From Prasinococcaceae sp. CCMP 1430 (taxonomy: Eukaryota > Plantae > Prasinodermophyta), in assembly GCA_013416795.1 (NCBI GenBank), contig RQSC01000012.1, positions 62,001 through 126,000 on the forward strand: 64,000 nucleotides of DNA, in the 5' to 3' direction. This document shows, piece after piece, positions 54,795 through 64,000 of the stretch. The translations under genes were made by a program, and so were the position numbers. The stretch's first letter is position 1, and each line of letters begins with the position of its first letter. A model generated the notes under the pieces. It searched no databases. It worked only from the letters and a program-made list of their open reading frames with translations, and was not told the origin of the DNA.

Positions 54795-55860
54795 TCAGTC
54801 GCTGTGCGGGTGCGCCTCGCCGGCCGCCCGCTGGCCGACGCCGAGCGCGGCGGCGATCATCGCGAGCAAGGCCCACAACGCCTCGACGACGCGCTCGAGG
54901 AAGGTGGCGGGCTCCTGCACCGCGGGCGCCTGCAGCGAGCTCACGAGGTGCTCGAACGCGGCGTCCTCGTCCCCGCCGAAGTCCTTGTGCGCGTGCGAGT
55001 GTGCGCACGCGTCGCGCGCGACGTCAGCACCGCCGGCAGCCTCACACGCCCACACTCACACGCCCGCACGCCCGCACCTTGTCCACGTCGAAGTCGAAGT
55101 CCTCCTCGTCGGCCTCGCCCTCGATGCCCGGCGGCGCGGGCATCACCGCCGGCGCGGGCGGCGGCGGCGGTTTGAAGGTCATGGTGACGCGCAGCATGGA
55201 CAGCCCGCCGCCCGAGGGGTCCTTGACACACAGCATGAGCTCGTCGTCGTTCTTGCGCTGCGCCACGTTGCGCTCCACGTGCGCCAAAAAGCTCTCCAGC
55301 GCCGGCGTGTCCACCGCCGGCGGGTCGCCCGGCCGCACTGCGCGCGCGCGCGTGCGTGTGCGTGTGCGCGCGTGCGTCAGATCCGCTCTCTCGCGCGGCA
55401 TGCGTCCGGGCGTGCCGTCTATGAACCCCAACCCCTAACGCGACGCACCAAACCAGCCCACGGGAAAGCCGCGGTGCTTGCGCCACTCGTCGAGCAAGTG
55501 GATGGAGTTGCGCTTGTCCTTGAGGTCGATGACCACCACGAGGTCCTTCATCTTGCGCGCGGCGTCCTGCGCCAGCGCCGCGTCGAGCTCCGCCTTGATG
55601 TCGTTGAAGGACGCCTGGAGCACCTGCAGCGCCAGCTTCTGCACCTCCTTCGGAGGCAGACGCTCACGCTGCTCCTGCGACGGCTGCTCGTCCTGCTGCT
55701 TGCCCTGCTGCTCGCCCTGCTGCTGCTGCTCTCCTGCCGCCGTCGCGGGCTCGAGCTTGGCGATCGCCGCGGCCGCCGCCGCGTCGGCGTCCTCGCCCTC
55801 CTCCTCGGCGGCCGCTCCTGCCGCGGTCGCCGCCGCGGCCGAAGCCGCCGCGGCGGGCAA
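54795..55860 (-). CDS. Hypothetical protein with a C-terminal hydrophobic anchor; about 3 exons; 5'-truncated at single N 55861
   Basis: Protein-like exons (QKLALQVLQASFNDIK..., ALESFLAHVERNV..., FLERVVEALWALLAMIAAALGV) with GT-AG junctions. Confidence 0.55.
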
Positions 55861-55862
55861 NT

Positions 55863-56909
55863 GCGACGCTGCGGCGGTTCGCACGCGCGCGGTACGAAAG
55901 CTCGCGCGCGCAGGAGCAGGCGATGCGCGACGCGGCCGCCCGCGCCGCCGCCGAACGAGAGGCACAGGCGGCCGCAGACAAGGCAGCCGCGGCCCGGGAG
56001 GCGGTCGCCGAGGCCGAGAGGATCGCAGCGGGGATCCCCAGGCCGACGCCGTCTGCCCGCATTGCCAAGGAGCTCGCAGCGGCTGACGAGAAGGAGGTAG
56101 CGGCCGCCGCCGCGCGGCGCGCGCGCTCCGCTGCCATCCGCGCCCACGCCGTGCAGCGAGAGCAGGCAGCGGCGGAAAAGCAGTCTCGCGCAGCGGCTTT
56201 GGCGCGCTCTCGCGCAGCGGAGCGTGACGCCGCACTCGATGCCCGGCGCCGCGCTGAAGCGGAGCATAGCATGGCACGGCGCTACGTGGCTGCCGAGCGG
56301 CGGGCGGCGCAGCTGGAGGCTGATGCCAACAGGCAGGCGCTCGCCGAGCAGCGTGAAGTCGATGAGCTGCACCGCAGGCAGGCGGCCGCGGCCGCGCGCG
56401 AGGCCGCGCGCGTCGCTGCCGCGGAGGCTGCGGACCCAACAAATGTGCGCGCTGCCGCTGCGGCAAAGCTCGCACGCGGCGCGGCGGAACGTGACGCTGC
56501 GCGCGTGGCAGAGGCCGTCGCGCGAGAGGCACGCGAGGAGCGCCGCATGCTGGCGCTTCGCGAGCGCGCAGCCGTGCGCCGTGGGCACGATCAGGAGCTG
56601 CGCGAGAGGAACGATCTCGATTTGCAAGACGCCAAGCGCCAGGCGGCGCTCAAGGCGGGGCCGGGGACCTGCGCGGGCCCGCTCGCTCGCCGCGAGGGAG
56701 AGGGCGAGGGAGAGGGCGAGGGAGAGGGACGCCGCCGCCGCGCGCGCGGTGTGTGGGGCGTGCGCGCGCGCGCGGCCCCCGCTCGAAGCACCGCGCGCGC
56801 AGCCCGTTTGACCTCCAATTTCACTCGCCCGTGGGTAAGGGTGTTCGGCGAATTTCGGCGCGCATTTGGGCAGCCCCTTCCGCAAACCATCCCAGCGCAT
56901 GAGGTCTAA
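55863..56909 (+). CDS. Ala/Arg/Glu-rich coiled-coil protein (trichoplein/CFAP-like composition); 5'-truncated at N 55861
   Basis: Open frame with continuous charged helical sequence; no specific motif. Confidence 0.5.
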   Translation, partial: ATLRRFARARYESSRAQEQAMRDAAARAAAEREAQAAADKAAAAREAVAEAERIAAGIPRPTPSARIAKELAAADEKEVAAAAARRARSAAIRAHAVQREQAAAEKQSRAAALARSRAAERDAALDARRRAEAEHSMARRYVAAERRAAQLEADANRQALAEQREVDELHRRQAAAAAREAARVAAAEAADPTNVRAAAAAKLARGAAERDAARVAEAVAREAREERRMLALRERAAVRRGHDQELRERNDLDLQDAKRQAALKAGPGTCAGPLARREGEGEGEGEGEGRRRRARGVWGVRARAAPARSTARAARLTSNFTRPWVRVFGEFRRAFGQPLPQTIPAHEV

Positions 56910-57186
56910 ATAAAATTCTTTTCGCCCCTGAATAAAAAACGCTGGAAGATTCGGCGGCGCGGATCCGCGGCCGCGATCGGCCCGATCGCCCGCCCGCGCC
57001 CTTTTTCTTTTTTTTGCCTTTTATTTTGTTTATTGGCGCCGCAATTTCTTTTTTTTTTTCGGTCGGTGGGGAGGCGTGCGCGTGCGCGCGCGCGTGTCGA
57101 TGCGTACTACGCGGGCGCTGCGAAGTCGAACGCGCTCGAGTGCTGTGCGTGTGCGTGTGTGTGTGCGTGTGTGTGTGCCTGCGTGC

Positions 57187-57220
<34 letters not shown>

Positions 57221-57296
57221 ATGCGTGTGCGTGTGCGTGTGTGTGCATGCGTGTGTGTGTGCGCGCGTGTGTGTGTGCCTGTGTGTGTGCGGGCGC

Positions 57297-57331
<35 letters not shown>

Positions 57332-57471
57332 CGTGTGTGTGTGTGTGTGTGTGTGCGTGTGTGGTGTGTGTGTCTGCGCGTGCGTGTGTGTGTGCGAGTG
57401 TGTGTGTGTGAGTGTGTGTGTGCGTGTGTGCATGTGCGTGTGCCACTGCGCGCGCGCGTGCAGCGGCGGCG

Positions 57472-57841
57472 ATGGCGGCGGCGGTGCGCGCGCTGCTCGA
57501 GCAGAGCCCCCCCGGCGAGCTCCTCAACGTCGCCAGTGGTGCGCGCGCCGCCGCCGCCGCTGCGCGACCGAGCGCCGTTCGAAACGCGCGCGTGTGTGTG
57601 CGCGCGCGTGCGTGTGTGCGTGTGTGTGCGCGTGTGCGTGTGCGTGTGCGTGTGCGTGCCGTTCGCGGCCGCGTGCGTCACCACGCCACCCACCCACCCT
57701 GGCGCTCGCGAGCATGCACATCCCATGCCGGCATCGACGCCGCTCTGACGTCTTCTTCACCGCCGCTCGCACACACACGCTCGCGCTTACACGCACACTC
57801 ACGCACACACGTGTACACACACACACACACACACGCGCGCG

Positions 57842-57893
<52 letters not shown>

Positions 57894-57901
57894 CACATCT
57901 G

Positions 57902-57935
<34 letters not shown>

Positions 57936-58144
57936 CTCCGCTCCATCCTCGGCTCCGACGCCGCGCCCCTTCTCTCCGCGGCGGCGCCCTCCGCCTTCCG
58001 CTCGCTCGCCGAGCGCGAGGGCGCCGCGCTCGCCGTGCCGGGCGCCGAGGACGGCGAGGAGCTCGCGCTCGTCTGCGATGCGGGGAGGGTGAGAGGGCGC
58101 GACGAGGTGCGTCGCGGGCGGGCGTACCTGTGTGTGTGGTTGTG

Positions 58145-58196
<52 letters not shown>

Positions 58197-58549
58197 CGTG
58201 TGTGTGTGTGCGTGTGTGTGTGCGTGTGCGTACGTACGAGCAGCGCCGACGCGCCTGCGGCGCAGAATCGCTAACCATCGCCCTTGCGGACGCGAAGGGG
58301 GAGGAGGACGACGACGACGGCGTGTGCAGGTACCTCGACGCCGCGCACGCGCGCATCGTCACCGTCGACCACGTCAGGCAGGCGGTCACCGCGGCGGAGG
58401 CGGGTGCGTTGTGTGTGTGTGTGTGCGCGCTGGCGTCTCTGCGAGCGTGTGTGCGTGCGTGTGCGACAAGTGCGTGTACGTGTGTGAGCTGTGCGTGGAG
58501 GGACGTACACGTTGGAGGCGCTCACACACACACGCACACACGCACACAT

Positions 58550-58605
<56 letters not shown>

Positions 58606-58606
58606 N

Positions 58607-58686
<80 letters not shown>

Positions 58687-58739
58687 CTGTCACACACACA
58701 CACACACACACACGCACACACACATACACACACACATAC

Positions 58740-58780
<41 letters not shown>

Positions 58781-59588
58781 CACACACATACACACGCCCT
58801 CAGCGTGCGACGCCTCGGGCCTGTCCGGCGCTGGCCCCCTTTGCGCCGCGCGCGCGCTGGTGCAGCGCGCGCTGTCCGCGTACGCGCGCGAGGCGCACGG
58901 CGGCGCGCGCGCGCGGCGCGCCTGCGGCGTCTTCTGCGACGGCGAGGCGCTCGAGCTGCGCCTCGCGGCGGCGGGGAGCTCCGCGGACAACTTCTGGAGC
59001 GCGGGGTGGCGCTCGCGGTGGCGCGCCGAGCCCCGCGGCGACGGCGTGCTCGCGCTGAGCGGCGGAGTGCGCGTCAGGGCGCACTACTACGAGGAGGTGG
59101 GTGCGCTCGCGCGCACCCGTGTGTGTGTGTGCGTGTGTGTGTGTGTGTGTGTGCATGTGTGTGTGCGTGTGTGTTTGTGTGTGTGTGTGTGTGTGCGTGT
59201 GTGTGTGCGCGCGTGGATATGCGTGTGCGTGTGTGACCGTGTGTGAGGTCCAGGTTGGAGGGAGCGCGCATGCTCATGCTTACGCACACGCGCACACACG
59301 AACGTATGTATACACACACACGTACGCACACACACGCGCGCACGTACACACACACACACATGCGCGCATGCGCACGCGCGCGCCCGCGCCCGCGCAGGGC
59401 AACGTGCAGCTCAGCGCCGCGCTGGAGCCCGCGCCCGCGCGCGAGGTGGCGTACGACGCCGGCGGCGGCGCCGACGCGCTCGCGGCGGCGCTCGTTGGCG
59501 CCATACGAGACGCGGAGGGCGCCTACCACGCGTCGATCGGCAGGTCCGTGCATATGTGCGCGCGCGCGCGCGCGCGCGTGTGGTTGCG

Positions 59589-59641
<53 letters not shown>

Positions 59642-60094
59642 GTGTGTGTGTGTGTGTGTGTGTGCGTGTGTGTGTGTGTGTGTGTGTGCGTGTGCGTGTG
59701 TGTGTGTGTGTGCGTGTGTGCGTGTGTGTGTGTGTGTGTGTGCGTCCACACGCAGGCAGGCGCGTGCTGGTGCACGTGGGCACGGCGCTGATGCTCACAC
59801 GCACACGGGTGTACTGACTTACACACGCGCGCGCACACGCGCTCATGAACGCCCTCCCACACACATCGACTTATACACACACACACACACACACGCACAC
59901 ACTCACGCACGCGCGCACGCACGCATACGCACACGCGCACGCGCAGGTCGTTCCGCGAGGTCTCCGCGGCGACCTTCAAGGACCTGCGCCGCAAGCTCCC
60001 CGTGACGGGCAGCAGCTTCGACTGGCAACGCGCGCAGCACGCCGTCGCCGTCGAGCTCGCCACCAGGGAGAGGGAGGCCGCCGCCGCACAGTAG
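57472..60094 (+). CDS. CAPZA: F-actin capping protein alpha subunit; about 6 exons
   Basis: [15 protein letters not shown]|[29 protein letters not shown]|GNVQL and [18 protein letters not shown]. Confidence 0.92.
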
Positions 60095-60108
60095 GACGGC
60101 CTCGACTT

Positions 60109-60178
<70 letters not shown>

Positions 60179-60471
60179 GCCGCCGGCGCTGCGTAGGCCG
60201 GCCCCATGTGCGTCCCCGCGGGCGCTGCCGACGTGTTGGGATAATGTATATACATGAGTGTACAGTGCGCGCGCAGCCGTGCGTTTGTGCGTATGTGTGT
60301 GTGTGTGTGTGTGTGTGTTTGTGTGCGCGTGTGCATGCGTGTGTGTGTGTGTGTGTGTGCTCAGAGCGCCACTAGCACGTCGCGGCCCTTGCACGCCTCC
60401 TCAGCGGCGCGCACCGCACGCGAGTCGCCCCCTTCCCCACCCCCTACACCTCCGCACCGCCGCACGTGTGC

Positions 60472-60522
<51 letters not shown>

Positions 60523-60582
60523 CGCAAGCGTGCAAGCGAAGGGTGGTCAGCGCGTTCTCCATGTGCACGCCTACCCCAGGCG

Positions 60583-60659
<77 letters not shown>

Positions 60660-60757
60660 GCACGCCCGCCCGCCCACCCGCACCTTGATGTCCTCGGCGC
60701 CGCCGCGCGCGCATCTCTCCCAGCCGCGCGGCGTCGCGCGCCGCCGCCGCGTCGCTC

Positions 60758-61665
60758 NNNNNNNNNNNNNNNNNNNNNNNNNNNNNNNNNNNNNNNNNNN
60801 NNNNNNNNNNNNNNNNNNNNNNNNNNNNNNNNNNNNNNNNNNNNNNNNNNNNNNNNNNNNNNNNNNNNNNNNNNNNNNNNNNNNNNNNNNNNNNNNNNNN
60901 NNNNNNNNNNNNNNNNNNNNNNNNNNNNNNNNNNNNNNNNNNNNNNNNNNNNNNNNNNNNNNNNNNNNNNNNNNNNNNNNNNNNNNNNNNNNNNNNNNNN
61001 NNNNNNNNNNNNNNNNNNNNNNNNNNNNNNNNNNNNNNNNNNNNNNNNNNNNNNNNNNNNNNNNNNNNNNNNNNNNNNNNNNNNNNNNNNNNNNNNNNNN
61101 NNNNNNNNNNNNNNNNNNNNNNNNNNNNNNNNNNNNNNNNNNNNNNNNNNNNNNNNNNNNNNNNNNNNNNNNNNNNNNNNNNNNNNNNNNNNNNNNNNNN
61201 NNNNNNNNNNNNNNNNNNNNNNNNNNNNNNNNNNNNNNNNNNNNNNNNNNNNNNNNNNNNNNNNNNNNNNNNNNNNNNNNNNNNNNNNNNNNNNNNNNNN
61301 NNNNNNNNNNNNNNNNNNNNNNNNNNNNNNNNNNNNNNNNNNNNNNNNNNNNNNNNNNNNNNNNNNNNNNNNNNNNNNNNNNNNNNNNNNNNNNNNNNNN
61401 NNNNNNNNNNNNNNNNNNNNNNNNNNNNNNNNNNNNNNNNNNNNNNNNNNNNNNNNNNNNNNNNNNNNNNNNNNNNNNNNNNNNNNNNNNNNNNNNNNNN
61501 NNNNNNNNNNNNNNNNNNNNNNNNNNNNNNNNNNNNNNNNNNNNNNNNNNNNNNNNNNNNNNNNNNNNNNNNNNNNNNNNNNNNNNNNNNNNNNNNNNNN
61601 NNNNNNNNNNNNNNNNNNNNNNNNNNNNNNNNNNNNNNNNNNNNNNNNNNNNNNNNNNNNNNNNN
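60758..61665. other. Assembly gap (other N runs: 1550-1560, 35667-35824, 37601-37931; single Ns at 34980, 36865, 41838, 55861, 58606)
   Basis: N characters in the sequence. Confidence 1.
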
Positions 61666-61835
61666 TGTCGTAGAAGCGCGGGTACTCGAACGCGCACGCG
61701 TCCACGCGCACACACACGAAGGCGCGCACTCTCGCGCAGGGCGCCGGGCGTGCGCTCTGCGCGCCGCGGCGCTCGCGGCGGCGCTGGCGGCGGAGAGGAC
61801 GACGTGCGCCGAGGCCGCCGCCGTCGAGGACAACA

Positions 61836-61931
<96 letters not shown>

Positions 61932-62073
61932 GCGTTCATGCGTGCGCCAATGTTCGAAGAGGTGGTCGGGGATGTGCACATGAAGCTCGCGCTGACCACC
62001 GCGCGCACAAACGCTCGCGTGCACGTGCACGCACACACACACGAACGTACACACACGCGTACACACACACGCG

Positions 62074-62106
<33 letters not shown>

Positions 62107-62112
62107 GGTCAG

Positions 62113-62284
62113 GCGTCTTCGCCCTCCTGCGTCTTCGTGGCGGGCGCGACGGGCGCGACGGGGAGGCTCGTCGTCGCCGAGGCGCTGCGCTCCGGCGCGC
62201 GCGTGCGCGCGGGCGCGCGCGACCCGCGCGCGGTCGCGCTCGCGGGAGGTGCGTACGAGCACGCGGATGCTCGTGCGCTCGCAA

Positions 62285-62324
<40 letters not shown>

Positions 62325-62327
62325 CTG

Positions 62328-62385
<58 letters not shown>

Positions 62386-62388
62386 CTG

Positions 62389-62449
<61 letters not shown>

Positions 62450-62791
62450 CACGCACACACACAAGGGCGCACGCGCCGGCACCCGCACTGACTCTCACGT
62501 TCGCACACTGCCGCGCACACACACGCCCGCGCGCACACGCACGCCCGCGCATGCACACGCGCTCGCGCCAGACCCCCGCGTGGAGGCCGTCCGCTGCGAC
62601 GTGGTGGCCGACTCGGACGCGGCCCTCGCCGCCGCGCTGCGCGGCGCCGACTGCGTCGTGTGCGCCATCGGCACGCACGTCACCACCGGGAGCAGCGGCG
62701 CGGGGGGGAGGGGGAGGTGAGTGGGGCGTGCACGCGCTCGCACATGCGCGCACATGTGACTCACACACACACACACACATGCACACGAACA

Positions 62792-62834
<43 letters not shown>

Positions 62835-63184
62835 GCACGCACACGCACAAAAATACATACATCTGACGTACACACACACACACACACGCACATGCACGTC
62901 CGTGCGCCTACACGCCCCCCCGCGCGCGCAGCTCGAGCGGTGGCACCGCGCACGCGGTGGACAACCTGGGCGTCCGCCGGCTGGTCGACGCCGCGCTGGC
63001 GGCGGGCGGCGTGAAGCGCTTCGTGCTCGTGTCGGCGCTGCTCGCCAACGCGCCAGCGTGCGGGCAGGCGGGCAACGGCGCCTACGTGGCGCTCGAGCTG
63101 CTGGGGGGGGTGCTCAGGTGGGCGCGCGTGCGACGCGCGCCTCTCTGCGAGATTGCGCGCGTGCGCACGTGACACACACACTCA

Positions 63185-63241
<57 letters not shown>

Positions 63242-63338
63242 ACGAACACACACACACACACGCGTGCGTGCACAAGCACACGCGTACGCACGCTGGCGGT
63301 CGTCTATCACATCCGCTAGCATCGCCTGACACACGCGG

Positions 63339-63376
<38 letters not shown>

Positions 63377-63486
63377 GCACACACACACACTGTGTGTGTG
63401 TGTGCCGTGCGTGCACAAGCACACGCGTACGCACGCTGGCGGTCGTCTATCACATCCGCTAGCATCGCCTGACACACGCGGGCGCA

Positions 63487-63521
<35 letters not shown>

Positions 63522-63904
63522 CGTGTGTGTGTGTGTGTGACACACGCGCACACACACACACGCGGGCCCCCAGCGAGAAGCACGAGGGCGAGCTGTACCT
63601 CCGCGCCTCGGGGCTGCCGTACACCGTGCTGCGGCCGGGCGCTCTCGCCGGCGAGGGCGGCCCCATCGGCGAGGCCGCCGTCGACGAGCTCGGCCTCGGC
63701 GTGGTGCTCTCGGGGGAGGACACGCTCTTCGACCTCAGGGCGCGCAACGCCGTGTCTCGCGCGGACGTGGCCGCGCTGGCGGTGGGCGCGCTCTCCGAGC
63801 CGCGAGCGGAGGGGCGCGTGGTGGAGGTGGCCGGCGCGCCGGGCGCGCCGCCGCTGGCGGACATCGCCGACCCCTGGCTGGCCGTCGCGGGGGTGGCCGC
63901 GTGA
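62113..63904 (+). CDS. NAD(P)H-binding atypical SDR (NmrA/TIC62/At2g34460-like), multi-exon; 5' exons uncertain near the N gap
   Basis: VFVAGATGATGRLVV, GADCVVCAIG, VDNLGVRRLVDAA..GVKRFVLVSA, YLRASGLPYTVLRPG and VSRADVA. Confidence 0.88.
63263..63488 (+). repeat. 83-bp direct duplication within an intron (63263-63345 and 63406-63488)
   Basis: Identical CGTGCGTGCACAAG...CTGACACACGCGGGCGCACA copies separated by a CA/TG tract. Confidence 0.9.
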
Positions 63905-63930
63905 GCGGGGCCTGCGCGCACACACACACC

Positions 63931-63990
<60 letters not shown>

Positions 63991-64000
63991 CCTGCACGCG

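Noticed and set aside
60363-61835. Possible gene fragments flanking the 900-bp gap
   Set aside because: Plausible exons exist on both strands (minus-strand EYPRFYD; plus-strand transit-peptide-like text), so strand and identity cannot be resolved.
16600-64000. Introner-like repeated introns
   Set aside because: Apart from microsatellite content, I saw no family of near-identical introns shared between genes.
1-64000. Alternative genetic code, rRNA/tRNA genes, transposase/RT or viral hallmark genes
   Set aside because: Conserved genes end at TAA, TAG and TGA and read normally; no recognisable structural RNA or mobile-element motifs were found by eye.

Overview
Gene-dense, very GC-rich eukaryotic nuclear DNA, most consistent with a green alga (prasinophyte/prasinodermophyte-like). 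Evidence: plastid-targeted VIPP1 and GC1/SulA, plant-type SPT4/SRR1/CPSF30/NOT3, GT-AG introns with CTGAC/CTAAC branch sites, TGTAA poly(A) signals and telo-box-like promoter motifs. About 33 protein-coding loci can be supported by manual splicing. Most of the provided long ORFs are artefacts of GC richness and (CA)n/(TG)n intronic microsatellites. No rRNA, tRNA, CRISPR or recognisable transposase was seen. There are four N-runs and five single Ns, at least two of them at apparent contig joins. The most notable observations are: (1) a PAS-HisKA kinase lacking its ATPase domain that runs directly into a NOT3 gene lacking its first exon (fusion or misassembly); (2) a ~1500-aa multi-pass membrane protein with a triple FxGGxxFVxLQxxGW repeat and a C-terminal F-box-like motif; (3) an N-acylated PKA regulatory subunit head-to-head with a Mid1/FAM155-like Cys-rich protein; (4) a 46-aa TPR array with hypervariable positions; (5) a YTP1-like protein, a truncated bacterial-type M14 peptidase and a stand-alone PKS-DH-like motif; (6) introns filled with self-complementary CA/TG tracts. 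All family calls are by motif recognition only; no database searches were run.
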